Source of the DNA: Octopus sinensis
Taxonomy: Eukaryota
Assembly: GCF_006345805.1 (NCBI RefSeq)
Contig: NC_043009.1
Coordinates: 33,728,001-33,792,000, forward strand
Length of the DNA: 64,000 nt
Direction: 5' to 3'
The notes under the pieces were generated by a model. That model saw only the letters and a program-made list of their open reading frames with translations. It was not told the origin of the DNA and did no database searches. The position numbers were made by a program, and so were the translations under genes. Below are positions 37,927 to 51,135 of the stretch, piece after piece (positions within the stretch are counted from its first letter, which is position 1; every line of letters starts with the position of its first letter).

Positions 37927-37929
<3 letters not shown>
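37420..37929 (-). mobile_element. RTE tail copy with internal 63-bp tandem array
   Basis: (CAT)n plus tail consensus, then ATGTGCCACC anchors at 37604, 37667, 37730, 37793, 37856 and 37919. Confidence 0.85.
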
Positions 37930-37978
<49 letters not shown>

Positions 37979-39354
37979 GTCCATATTTAGTAGAACTACA
38001 GAGAACCGGTTTTATGGGGCAGATACATTATTGTTGTATAGATAAACCACAGACCCCCTGCTGTAAACAGCAAAACCAGCAAAGTCATTAATGTAACTGA
38101 TAGGAGTTTCTTAGTCTGATGTAACAGACCAGAAATCCCTCCAAGAGGTCTGTAGAAAATAACAGAAATATATTTCAATGTAAACATCTCCTAATATGAA
38201 AATATAAATTTTATGCTACAAACAATATAAATCACACACACACACACATGTATGTAGTATACATCATCATCATCATCATCATCACCACTACCACTGCTAT
38301 TATGTCAACTTTTCTGTGCTCACAATAGGTGGACAGGGCCTTTTGTTAGTATGTCTTCTAGTCTAGATGCTATATTTAAGGCCAATATTTATAATCAGTT
38401 TTATGGTATATCTTTCTTATATTATATTTTGATTATATTATAACATATATTTTATAATATATTATATCATTATTATAAGTTATATCTTAATTATGTAACA
38501 TTTTAATTCTATATTATTTTATATTTTAACAGCATACATATAAGATAAATAAAGAATTTGCTTCATGTATTTCAATATTAAAACACTTTACTACAAAGAA
38601 CTCCTCATTTTTCTATAGAATCACAAACCCATTTATATGTTTGATTACACACACACAAAGTGACACAACCTTATTTGTATCCTAGGTTACCAAGGGCAGA
38701 CATCCCTCACACACCTGAGTGTGTAACCAAAGATACAAGTATGTGTGTAGTGTCAATATGGATATTACTCAAAACAGAATTTTAAAGACAAGCTTTATAA
38801 AAGTTGACTTTTTTTTTTAAATCACTTGTAATAGAATTTTTTTAGCAGCTATCTTCACAATGACTGCTATATTTAATTACTCTATCTGTAAATCATGTTA
38901 ATTATGAATTAATTAAAATTAAGAATAAAGGCTAAAATGCTGAAAATGAAAACTTGAAAAGATGTTGTTTACAGGTGACGTTTCATTAAAAATAATTTTG
39001 ATAATTCATATAAACTTTAATCTTAAATCAGTTGAATCAAATTTTAAATATACATATATGAAATAACGGATTACTTGGACTGAAATAAAACACTAATTGA
39101 TTTACAACTAATTAACAGCCTAAATATAACGACATGCAACAAGACAACTGATTATCTTCACTGAAATAAAAGGTTAAATAAATTTTCAACTAATTAATAA
39201 AATAACGATTGAGAAGCACAAATGAAGGAACAATTATTTGCTGGTTGAAATGAATTAATAAATATCTTGATAAACATCGTTATAATTAATTAGTAATATA
39301 TACATTTTTATTTATTATTATCTTTATAGATATTCCTCTAGATTATATGCACAC

Positions 39355-39773
39355 AGATGCAGGAGTGGCTGTGTGGTAAATAGCTTGCTTACGAACCACA
39401 TGGTTCTGGGTTCAGTCCCACTGCATGACACCTTGGGCAAGTGTCTTCTTCTATAGCCTCGGGCTGACCAAAGCCTTGTGAGTGGATTTGGTAGACAGAA
39501 AACAAAAGAAGCCTGTCGTGTGTGTGTGTGTGTGCGTGTATGTATGTATGTATGTACATATGTATGTGTATACGTTTGTGTGTCTGTTTGTCCCCCAACA
39601 TCGCTTGACAACCGATACTGGTGTGTTTATATCCCTGTAACTTAGCAGTTCGGCAAAAAATACTGATAGAATAAGTACTAGGCTTACAAAAAATAAGTCC
39701 TGGGGTTGATTTGCTCGACTAAAGGCAGTGCTCCAGCATGGCCACAGTCAAATGACTGAAACAAGTAAAAGAA
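39355..39773 (+). mobile_element. tRNA-derived SINE family A, full length
   Basis: Same head, central microsatellite and tail as 56134-56565. Confidence 0.85.
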
Positions 39774-40715
39774 GAAACACACACACTTATATATACCACT
39801 AAATTGAAACTGCTTTTTACCTTCAGAAAACTTAAATATTGTTGTCAAACTTTTAAAACAATTGTAAAATACATTTTTGCTAACAAAATGAAAAAATAAA
39901 AAGAAAAAACAGAAACAAAGTTGGAATAATCAGAACGAGACATTTGAGAGAATGGTGATGCCATCAAAAAATATTACCGAGAAAGATGGTAAAATAAAAG
40001 TTCTTTATTAAACTATTCTAAGTTTATTTTTAAAGACTGAAATCTGAAGTTTAGTCTTGGTTTCCGCTACAAGACCACACTCGTTGTTGGTCAGCCATTA
40101 AGTCAAACACAAGAGAGATTTCACAACTTACCTCTAAAGTTTTCCAACTTTAGTTTTTGACAAAACAAAATTATTTACAATTAAATAATAATAATAATAA
40201 TAATTAATAATAATAATAATTGTTTTTTGGTACTTCTTTCACTAATTTATAAGAGTGTATCAATGGAGAAAAAGAAGAAAACAGCCACCTACCCATGAAT
40301 GGTTTATGAATTGAATTGAAAATATCTTATTGCTAAGACAAAGTTCTTATTTAGTGGGATTGGCAGCGGGGTGGGGGCGGATATACGGAGATATGTAGTA
40401 TGGAGTGAAGAATTCCTTTACATACCTACAAATATACACACTCACACACACGCAGACACACTCACTCACACACAGATTAGGGGGGAGAGAAAGGGAAGAT
40501 ATAAGAAGAGAATATAGAACAAACAATCAATAGAGAAAGGTTACAAGTTTGGACAAGCCCTCTCTTTCCTACAGAGCTTACTGCTGTAGAATAATAAATA
40601 ATAATAATAATAACATTAACGAAAATGATCAAACATGTAAGGGAGGTAAGTCTATGATATAACAGTCACTGTTGACAATACAATTTATTTATCCAGTGGT
40701 GGTGGTGATGATGGT

Positions 40716-40747
<32 letters not shown>

Positions 40748-40904
40748 CCTCAGGGGGCAATTAAAAAGGGGATAGAGTAGGAGGCCCTGGAATTTCCTGA
40801 GCTTTCAAAACATATTTGCATTTATTGAAGACTAACATTACTGCAAGTTACCTCTCCCCTCCTCCCCATACCTCTGCTCACCAACTTATCAACAGAAATA
40901 TATT

Positions 40905-41170
40905 GGATAATGGAGTCCCAAAAGTTTGGAAACAAAAGATCGGAGGGATGGTCAAAGTTGGAATGTCATATCACAAAGTTGCTCAATCAGGGCCAACCCA
41001 GGTTTAAACAGCAACAACAACTGAAATATGGCAAGTTTAGAAAAACAAGTTTAAAGCAATTTTCAAAACTTGATTCTTGCTTCACAAAAAAAAATACGAT
41101 GACCGATGAAGAATTCTGGCCGAATCACAAGAAGAATCAGTTAAGCATGATTTGTTGGGCTTAAAATATA
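40905..41170 (+). mobile_element. Tc1-like transposon 5' remnant
   Basis: GGAGTCCCAAAAGTTTGGAAACA resembles a Tc1 TIR; the following frame IGGMVKVGMSYHKVAQ resembles a Tc1 transposase N-terminal HTH; frameshifted. Confidence 0.45.
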
Positions 41171-42630
41171 AATTTGTATGATAGACATAAAGGTAGAGAG
41201 TTCTGTTTTCTCAGCAGTTTAGTTTGATGAAGGCCTTCTTCATGCCCTCTATGACCTTCATCAGGCCCTTGGTGACTTTCACAGGTCCCCAAGACATATG
41301 CAAGATCAACATGGTTAAAGTTCTTTTTTAATTAGTTGCATGATGATGAATGTAGGTAAAACACAGGCAGGGAGGGAATTCCAGAACGGAGATGGGGTGG
41401 GGAAAAAAGGACCGAATGAAGTAATCCATGTAGAGCCTGAGGGAGAGGAGGAGATATGTGAGTGTGAGTTGAGAGGGCTTGGGTAGGGGTGGCATGAGGC
41501 CAGCCAGCAGAGACCATATTTTTTGTGGTAGTGGAAGAGAGAGAGAGAGAGAGAGAGGACACAGCACATCTGTGGCCATTGTAGTAATGGTAGACATAGC
41601 AGAAGGAGAGGACACAGAAATGCTAAGGCACACAAGAGAACGAACTATATGCAGATTTGGGATGAAAGTGTAGGAAACTAAGGGTGTTGGGGGTCAAAGA
41701 CTGACAAAGTACTGTGGTCATTTACTGATTTCAAATTTTGGGAAAAGGCATGGAATTTGGGGGAAGGGAGTAAGCCGATTACACTGACCCCCACCCCACC
41801 TGTACTCAACTGGTACTTATTTTATTGACCCCAAAAGAATGAAAGGCAAAGTCAACCACAGTGGAATTTGAACTCAGATACAAAGATGGACAAAACAGCA
41901 CCGTGCAATTTGTAATGATTCTGCCAACTTGCGGCCCTACAATGGTCATATATTAGAAAGAATGTTAATTAGAATTAGTATTTAATGTTATATCACCTTA
42001 GACTGGGTCTTTGGATTGATTTATTTGTGAGACATTCCAAACAATATGCTAATTTCACTCAAGTACTCCATTAATTGTAGTTAGGTGTTTGGTAAGTAGA
42101 ACTGCCATCGTGGGTCACATCTCGGTTTGGAACTGAAGTATTCCTTGGCCTTAGTCTTAGAGAGCAGCAACACTATTATTGTGCATACTGTCTTCTTTCC
42201 TGTTGGATCGTTTGGCCCTTATTCTTTCAGTTCCTCCAATTCCCATAAGGTTTGTTCCTATTTCATGTACAATAAATCCTTACTCAATGCTGGTGAATTT
42301 CTTGGGAAATGTGACTTCAAATGAAACACTATCATTATCATCATCATCATTTAACATCCATTTTCCATGCTGGGATGAGTTGGATGAATTTTTGACAGGA
42401 GCTGGTAAGGCCAGGATCCACACCAAGTTCTGTTGTCTGTTTTGGCATGGTCCCTACGGCTGGATGCCCTTCTTAATGCCAACCACTTTACAGAGTAGAC
42501 TCGATGCTTTTTATGTGGCACCATCACAATGTAAACAAAAAAAACAAACATTGAAACAAATTTAATCTAGATTCCAGGGTAAATAAAGACACAGATTGTG
42601 CTATTCCCAAGGAAATTTAAATATATCTAA

Positions 42631-42668
<38 letters not shown>

Positions 42669-42705
42669 ACCAAATGTATCTACCAAAACCAGAGCAAATC
42701 AATAC

Positions 42706-42932
42706 CTGTTCCTTAAAAGCCTCCAATTTACTTTCCAATAATTCTTTGTTATCTTTCAATTCTGTAACTTGTTCTTCATTTTCTGCAATCCGTTTATCGG
42801 CGGTTTCCAGCATATCTGCTATATATGGATCAGGAACTGGAGGCGGAGATGGTAAATCAGGTTCTGCTGGAGGTATCAGGCAATCAACCACCATACGCTG
42901 CCGACGGAAGGGAATATTCTTCTTTTTGCCAC
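42706..42932 (-). CDS. CEP135: CEP135 coding exon 3 (GGKKKNIPFRRQRM...DPYIADMLETADKRI...AFKEQ)
   Basis: FRRQRM and DPYIAD.L..AD.RI motifs; ttttag acceptor and gtattg donor; 227 nt, phase 1-0. Confidence 0.95.
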
Positions 42933-43297
42933 CTAAAAACCAGAAGAAAGCAAAGTTGTACACAGGACTTCCAGACAGAGAGAAGAAGTTGTGTCTTGTA
43001 CTCGTCTTAGTCATTGGACTGCAGCCATGCTGGGGCACCACCTTCAAGGGTTTACTCAGAAAAATTGAATCCAGGACTTATTTTTTTAAGTATGGTATTT
43101 ATTTTGTCAGTCTCTTTTGCAGAACACTGCTAAGTTACAAGGATGTAAACAAACCAACACCGGATGTCTAGATGTCAGGCAGTGGTGGGAGACAAACACA
43201 AACACATACACACACAAATATGTGTGTGTGTGTGTGTATTATATTTATATATACATACATGTATGTATGTGTATATATATATATGGGGGGGGTATAT

Positions 43298-43762
43298 AGG
43301 CACAAGAGTGGGTGTGTGGTAAGATGCTTGCTTCCTAACCACAAGGTTCCAGGTTCGGTCCCACTGCATAGCACCTTAAGCGAGTGTCTTCTACTATAGC
43401 CTCGGGCTGACTAAAGCCTTGTGAGTGGATCTGATAAACAGAAACTGAAAGAAGCTCGTCAGATATATATATATACATAGTCCAACCCATGCTAGCATGG
43501 AAAACGGACGCTAAACGATGATGATGATGATGAATGATGATGTATGTATGCATTTGTGTGTCTGGGTTGGTCCTTCCACCATCGCTTGACAACTGATGCT
43601 GGTGTGTTTACATCCCCATCACCTAGCAGTTCGGCAAAAAGAGACAAATAGAATAAGTATTAGGCTTACAAAGAATAAGTCCTGGGATTGATTTGTATGA
43701 CTAAAGGCTGTGCTCCAGCATGGCCACAGTCAAATGACTGAACCAAGTAAAATAATAAAAGA
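43298..43762 (+). mobile_element. SINE family A with a nested RTE-tail fragment (43480-43541)
   Basis: Family A head and tail, with GTCCAACCCATGCTAGCATGG...(GAT)n inside the central microsatellite. Confidence 0.8.
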
Positions 43763-44054
43763 ATATATATATATACATACATACTGGCTTACACACACTT
43801 TCTGTCTATCAACGATGTTAAGTGGGCATTAAAACAATGATGATGAATATGTGACCCTGTGTGTGTATGTACATTTAATCATCATCCTTTTAATGACGTC
43901 CACTTTTCTTATATTTGCATGTATCAGAGTTTCTTGAGGTAGAATTTCTACAGCCAGATGCCCTTCCTGTTGCTAAACAAGCTATCTCCTTATAACCAGA
44001 CATGTATACAAGGAAAACTGGAAATAAATAACACTGCTTGTATGATGGCAGTGC

Positions 44055-44086
<32 letters not shown>

Positions 44087-44376
44087 ATATATACATATAT
44101 ATTCTTATATATATATATATATATATATATATGAGTCTTTGATTATGTCTGGTAGCATGGTAGCATAAACAGGTCTGTTGAATTACATTTCTTTATATCA
44201 AAAACACAATTTAGTTATTTGAGAAACAGGATCAATAGAATAAGTTGGAGTTAATATGTGTAATTAAAACCCTTGGAAATAGGTGTTGTAGAATGGCCAC
44301 AGACCAATAACTGGAAACATTTAAAAGATTACATGTACAAGATTACATATATAAAGATGTATAAAAATCCACTGAC

Positions 44377-44544
44377 CTGGAGTTTGAACCACAGCATGGA
44401 AGTTTTTCTCTTGCAGTTGTTGAATTCTGTCTGATTTTTCTTTAGATTCTTTCTCCAATAACTTTATCTTATGTAAATATTGATTGTTTAAGAACTTTAT
44501 ATCTGCAAGCGTGTGCTCAGATTTTCGCAGGGAAGACTTGAGAT
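44377..44544 (-). CDS. CEP135: CEP135 coding exon 2 (DLKSSLRKSEHTLADIKFLNNQYLHKIKLLEKESKEKSDRIQQLQEKNFHAVVQTPG)
   Basis: Not in the ORF track; found by hand. ttacag acceptor and gtcagt donor; 168 nt, phase 1-1. KFLNNQY and RIQQLQEKN.HAVVQTPG are typical CEP135 motifs. Confidence 0.95.
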
Positions 44545-45499
44545 CTGTAAAGCAAAATATAGATATAACAATCTAAAATATAATTTCATTCTACATTTAA
44601 GTGGCACTACTATCTCTAAAAATAACTGCTTCAGTGAGATGTCAACCATTGTGCATCCATCTGGACAGTGGCCATACTTGATATGTAAAGGGGGAGGTAG
44701 GAATACCAGAAGGTACACCTAATGTAAAGTATGGCTACACAAAATTCCTGACAGGCTGACAGAGAACTTCAAATATAGCAGATCACCATGTTGCACACAT
44801 ATGGTTGTGATGCATGTACCTGGTGTACCCTTATCAGACAGGTAGTCATGATGGGTATACTGGGTTTCATATATTTTACCCCAGTGTCACTTTGATGGAA
44901 TGCACTACTCTCATTCAATAATATTAATAATAATATGACAAAGGACCGAGATACTGGGCACCTTGCTGTACTCAAGAAGACCCAATACTCTACGGCAGAG
45001 GTGTTAAAGTAACTCCCCTCAGTGAGGAGGACTACCCTACAAGACTCCTGTGCTGGTGCCATATAAAAGGCACTCATGCCAGTGCAATGTACAAATCGCT
45101 TGAGCCAGTGCCATGTAAGAGCACCCAGTAAACAACTGTAAAGCGGTTAGCATTAGGAAGAGCATCCAGCCGTAGAAACCGAACTAAATCAGACAGGAAC
45201 CTGATGCAGCTCTTCTGCTGACCAGCTCTGGACAAACCATTCAAACCTATACCAGCAGGGAAAGTGGACATTAAATAATGATGATAACGATAATGATGAT
45301 GAAGGTCAGAAAATTTGGTGGGAGAGCTTTGTCAATTACATCACCTCAACTGGTTCAAATAAATACCAGTTGAGTACTGGGGTTAAGGTAAATGGCTTTC
45401 TCTTCCTTCAAAATGGTTGGCCTTCTGCCAAAATTAGAAATAGTAATAACAATAATAATAATAATGATGATAATAACTGAGTTAACTATTTGTACAAAC

Positions 45500-45809
45500 C
45501 TTTCATAGCAGTATTATTTTCTTCTGTTGCTTTAAGAAGTTTCAAATTTAAAGCATTGTTCTCTTTAACCAATTTAGCATTATCATTTTTATAGGAGTCA
45601 ACAATTGTTGGATCCTCTGCATCACTTTTTCTGGAGTGTTCTACTTTGATCTTACGAAGATCTTCAATTGTTTTCAACAGGTCCACAAACAACCGTTCAA
45701 CCAATGGCAAAGATTCAATTCCAAGAGAATCCTTATAACCAAGCTGTTCCAACCGCCGCCGCAGATTCTTCAACTTCTCAGATGTATTCATTGTTTCTTT
45801 TGATGACAT
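45500..45809 (-). CDS. CEP135: Centrosomal protein of 135 kDa, first coding exon (MSSKETMNTSEKLKNLRRRLEQLGY...NTAMK)
   Basis: RRRLEQLGYKDSLGIESLPLVERLFVDL matches the conserved CEP135/Bld10 N-terminus (R.RLDQLGY...L..E.LPLVE.LF.DL). Acceptor ttccag at 45841-45842, so the exon starts at 45840 with ATG at 45809. Donor GT at 45499-45498; 310 nt, ends phase 1. Confidence 0.93.
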
Positions 45810-47038
45810 TTTTAAATGACACTTAAATATCAATGTCAATCTGGAAGTTAAAAACATAATTATAAAATAAATGTTAATTTATTGCTAATTAAAAGTGAGA
45901 AAAACAAATAATAATGATTTCTTTTGTCTTGTCCCATGATTAATTTTTCTAGGAAGGTTAACAGAATCAACTGAATTATCCCAGAGTATTAAATAAGAAG
46001 CTAAAATGGATCCAGATATTAATTCAAAAAAATCTTTAGAGACTTCCTATAATTTGTGATTTAATGTTTGGTGCTACGTAAAAAGCCCCTGTGCTGGTGC
46101 CAAGTAAAAAACACCTAACACTCTCTGTAAAGCAGTTGGCATTAGGAAGGGCATCCAGCCATAGAAACCAAGATAACTGGAGCCTGCTGCAGCTCTCCAG
46201 TTAAATTGTCCAACCTATGACAGCATGGAAAATGGACATATGATGAGGTGATACCTGAACAGTAATGACACAGAAAATAATAGATCAGACATTGTTTTAT
46301 TTATTAATTGATGTCATGCTTTTGTGAAAAATTGATGTTGTCAGTAACAGGTATCCAGTGGCCCAATCACTGGGTCACTGCATTAAACAGAAGTTTCCAG
46401 TGGACCAATCATTAATTTACTGCATGAAATGCAAATTACCAAGATCAACAGCTCAGACATACAGCTGTAAGATGTCTAACTGGCTGATTGTTACTGTATA
46501 TGATCAGAGTTCATTTTGTAACAACATTATCTTTATTATAACTGTACACTCATGGAGTGGTTGGCGTTAGGAAGGGCATCCAGCTGTAGAAACACTGCCA
46601 GATCAGACTGGGCCTGGTGCAGCCTTCTGGCTTCCCAGACACCAGTTGAACCGTCCAACCCATGCTAGCATGGAAAGCGGACGTTAAATGATGATGATGA
46701 TGATGATACTGTCAATAAATTTAGAGTAGAACCATGTGGAGCTTCTTCTACAGACTGATTTGGGGAGGGCATTTTTTTATAGAAAAGTTGGCAGCAACAA
46801 GAATCTGGAGAAAGAACTTCACAGATGATGGATCTTTCAATGAGTTGTTTACTTCAAAGTTGTGACATCTGATGTCGTAAAACAGTTCCTTCATTCCATA
46901 AACCACCAATAATGTATTTATGTGCTGCCTTCCACAAACACACCAGAGTTCCCCAATTCACCAACAAGGAAATAATCAATAAAAGATATCTACTCTTTAT
47001 TAAATTCATGGATAACAACAATAAGGTAGATGACTTAC

Positions 47039-47158
47039 CAACTTCTTGAGATTCTAACTTCAAATCATTTATCTGCCATCACCAATAATTGTTGGTGATG
47101 AAGAATGTAATTATCATGATTGCAGTCTGTGCATAGAATTGAACCAGTTGATGTTTAC
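47039..47158 (-). other. Candidate non-coding 5'-UTR exon of CEP135
   Basis: 120-nt non-repetitive segment bounded by tgtttgacag and gtaagt, between the putative promoter and the first coding exon; contains only short uORFs. Confidence 0.4.
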
Positions 47159-47959
47159 CTGTCAAACACAAGAATATCAAAATGTAAAAAAATTAAACTG
47201 GTCTGTTATGGTGTATAACAGAATTATGGTGATACAGAATCTAGTGATTGATGACTTAATTAGCAAATAATTATAATCTTTAATCTTCAAATGATTTTTG
47301 AAATTTGATATCACAAAACATTTTATATCTCAGTTATAAAAGGAAAAATGAATATTATTTAGTAGTTCAGAAATAAAATTACTTATTTATACATACTGCT
47401 ATCTTTAATAATAATGATCATCATTGTTTGAACATGTATTTCTCATATTGAGAGGAATCAGATGAACCTATCACACAGATATTAGCTTCACCTTTCATCT
47501 TCTCAAGGGTTTGATAAAGTACCTGTGAAATACTGGGATCTATTTCATTCACAAACTCCACCCATCAAAAAGATTGCTCACTTTGTGCCTTTAGCAGAAA
47601 GAGTTACAATTCATTTCTTCTCCAGGTACAAGGCCCAAAATTTTTTGGGAAGGAGCCAGTCAATTAGATCGATCCAGTATGCAACTGGTACTTAATTTAT
47701 CGACCCTGAAAGGATGAAAAGCAAAGTCAACCTCTGCAGAATTTGAACTCAGAACATAAAGATAGACAAAATACCACTAAACATTTCACCCAGAGTGCTA
47801 ACATTTCTGCCAGCTCACCGCCTTGAGAAAGAGTCATAATTGTTATTATGTTTTTGTCTTTGATTTAATTTATACACCCAAGTCTCAACCAGAGACATCA
47901 AGGGGACAACAGATTTTTGCACCTAAAGATGTAAATTTATTATTATTATTATTGTTATT

Positions 47960-48125
47960 ATTATTACTATTCAGTAGTCTTATTTCGGTCACTACAGTAC
48001 CAAGCACACCCATATGCCTTGGTTATGTGCAGCAGTTTGTTTTGGTGTTGTTATTTTTACTATATTGAAAGTGCTTTATGCATGATGGGTGTGGTGCCTA
48101 GTGGTGCTATTTTCTCTATGTTATA
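47960..48125 (-). mobile_element. Third R4/Dong-like LINE extreme 3' end
   Basis: NIEKIAPLGTTPIMHKALSI* resembles the QK.ALLGTA.ILRK.LS C-terminus; adjacent (TAA)n. Confidence 0.5.
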
Positions 48126-48239
48126 TGAGGGGTGTATAAAAAGTTTTGAGCCTTGAAGACTTGTACCTTCATCAGAAGTCTTGTACCATGTTTTTTTTTT
48201 GTTTTCTTTTGAGACTCGAGACTTTTCACACACCCCTCA
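48126..48239. mobile_element. Short mariner-type MITE
   Basis: TA|TGAGGGGTGT..AAAAAGTT...ACTTTTCACACACCCCTCA|TA. Confidence 0.65.
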
Positions 48240-50303
48240 TATATTATTAGTAATATTATTATTATTGGTCTTAAGATGACAAGCTGGCAGAATCGTTAGC
48301 ACACCAGGCAGAATGCTTAGTGGTGTTCTGTCCATCTCTATGTCTTCAGTTCAAATTCTGCTATGGTAAACTTTGCTTTTCATCTTTTTGGGGTTGATAA
48401 AATAAGTACCAGTTGTGCATTGAGAGCAATGTAATTGACTCATCCCCTCCCACAAATTTCAGGCTTTATGCCTATACAAGAAAGGATTATTATTATCATT
48501 AAAAATTTGGTAAAACTCTGCACTTGTCTCGTATCTAAAATGCAAAACCATATTTAACTCCTTTTGATTCCATCTCACTAATTCTACAATTCAAACCCTC
48601 TTGTTTTAGAGTGTTTAAATTTAAATCTAAACATTCCACCATAATTTTTAATATGACATTTTTCTAATGTTCCAAACATAACTTTATAATGAAGAAAGTT
48701 AGTTTAGAAAATTGCTTAAATTCTTGATTATTTTACAAAACTAATTAAAACACACAGGCATTATTTCATTAAGAATGTGGTCACAAAGGTTTAAATATGT
48801 TCAAACTTCATAAATAATAATCATAGATGATACATGAGAATGTGGTTTAGTGACAGCCGAAATAAATTAATGGAATTTCTCAATTCAATTTTTTTTTTTT
48901 TTGTTAATTAGATATCGTAATTTAAATATATCAAATAGAAGTACAAAACAATAACTGTTTAAAATATGAACTCAAAACTGGAGATGATCAAACCAAAGTT
49001 TTGGCACTGTCATTTTGTGTTTAAAAGACAATACAGCTGATTACTTCAAGATATATATATATCTTAGAAACCGTGCCAAAGCAGGTATTAGAGCAATGAT
49101 GAAGTTGTCCAGCTTACCAGATCCTATCAAACAATCCATCCAACACCAGCATGGAAGACATATCAAATGATGGTGATGGTGGTAACGATGATGATGGAGA
49201 GAAGGAGGAGGAGGACTGTTCCTTGTCTAATGAGGTTCAGAATTTTAAATTTAAACTATTTTGTTATTTCTGTATCAGTGTACAAACAAAAACAGGATTT
49301 ATCTTCAAAGAGTTAATATGACACCAACAGACTTTAAAAAGAGGATGAAGCAGACTCTGAAGAATGGTGCATAAGTTTGTTGCAAGTCAGGTCTACAAAT
49401 GGGTTTCTGTTCCTAGCTGGAGCAATTATGATTCTATAGTCTTATAGATCAATCAAACAGCAACTATGATGATGATGATGATATAGACAATATTTTCAGG
49501 TGTTAGGATATTAATCTTTCTTCATTGTATACAAGACATATCCGGAACTCGTTTATTCTTCGCAGGCAAATGTCGTAGCTGTTGCCAATCTCAGCTCTGA
49601 GATATGGTACACAGGTAATTGGCAAACAAATAGGTATGACAGTAGATGCCCTCTTCAAGATATAACCAGGTCTCACCCACCTCGTAGCTAAGGAACGAAT
49701 GAATACACAAATGGTGGTCTTATTGTTATGAACAGAATTCATGTTTGTTGATTCTTTCAAAAAATACTTTAACCGATGTTCTGAAACAATTTAAGAGCAA
49801 TTGTGAACAAACTTATTCAAATAAAATATAATGGCTTGAAGCAACATTAAACTTAATTTTTGAAAATAGGTAGAGAGCATTTCTATAAAAAAAAAAGCAA
49901 CCGTTTTTAACACTGAAGCGCCCTTTTTTTTTACCATTTAATAATGTCCTTGCGTTTTCTATTCACATTTTTATATATTTTGTAATATATCGTAACAGAT
50001 ATACGATCAATAATAATAATAATAATGATGATGATTGCTTTTATTAATAATAATTGAAATATAATCGCTCTAACAGAAAGTAAACGATTTCCATAACCAG
50101 CATCTTTATTCCTCTCCTTCTCTCTCCGTATGTGTGTATCACACACACACACACACCACTGAGAAATCTGAAGCCAAAAAATGACACAGAACGAAATTTT
50201 CAAAAGAATTTTTTAAAGTAAAAATCTTTTTATATATAAATATATATATTAAAACATCAATTCAAGATAAACTATTTGCTACATAAAATAAAAATGAACT
50301 CAC

Positions 50304-50420
50304 TAATTGCTTTACATTTGTTATATTCGGTAAATAAGACATAGAAACACACTTTATCTCGCCAAAATACATGAACGGACAAGTTGTGAAGTTTTGTTTT
50401 GAAACTGGCGGAAAGAAATC
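50304..50420 (-). promoter_or_regulatory. Putative CEP135 promoter and non-coding first exon
   Basis: Local CpG enrichment. E2F-like TTTTGGCG (minus strand, ~50359-50367) and GGCGGAAA (50407-50414); CHR-like TTTGAAA (50398-50404). GTGAGT donor on the minus strand at 50303-50298. TSS not defined. Confidence 0.5.
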
Positions 50421-50775
50421 TTTACGGTGGGAAAGTATAATTGATTTCGGTGTAACATCAATTAGGTATCTTATAGTAAAAAGTTCCGCTTTCTTTTTTT
50501 CGTGCATAAATAATATTTCAAAACTGAAATCAATTATTTTGCAATTTGGAAGAAGATGAATCTGACTTTAGATATGTGCTTTCTGATAAAGGGCTCTGGT
50601 TGAAACGTTTATACATTTTCATCTGTATCACAACAAACTAATAAATTGCCCATTTAAACTGTTTATATATACTCACTAACTACTGGCACAGACCCTTACT
50701 TTTTCCTCTCATATCCTACTGTTTATCTATCCAACCATCCTCCCCTCCGCCATCCATCGATCTTTCCCTCAATCC

Positions 50776-51040
50776 ATCTATCTATCTATCTATCTATCTG
50801 TCTATCTATCTGTCTATCTATCTATCTATCTATCTCTATCTATCTATCTATCTATCTGTCTGTCTGTCTGTCTATCTATCTGTCTGTCTATCTGTCTGTC
50901 TGTCTATCTGTTTATCTAGATCTGTCTAACTCGCTTTCTACCTGTCTACCTCCTTACCCATCTTCTAGTCCGGCTATCTATTCATCCCTCTATCTCTTGG
51001 TGTTTCTCTATATCTCTTTCTTTCTCTCTCATTCTACCTG

Positions 51041-51103
<63 letters not shown>

Positions 51104-51135
51104 CTACTTGTCCATCTCTCTCTCTCTCTCTCTCT
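50776..51135. repeat. Compound (TCTA)n/(TCTG)n and (TC)n microsatellites
   Basis: Direct reading. Many other (TA)n, (CA)n, (GA)n, (TAA)n and (CAT)n tracts occur throughout, plus A25 at 14803-14827. Confidence 0.95.

Noticed and set aside
41225-41263. 11-bp inverted repeat TGATGAAGG(C/T)C resembling a hammerhead core
   Set aside because: No GAAA partner or helix II; too short to support.
42127-42330. Possible extra CEP135 exon in the 23-kb intron
   Set aside because: Minus-strand frames have stops, and exons 3 and 4 already join in frame with no gap against the known protein.
49503-49760. 85-aa ORF and an exon-like AG...GT segment near the CEP135 promoter
   Set aside because: No recognisable motif or partner exon.
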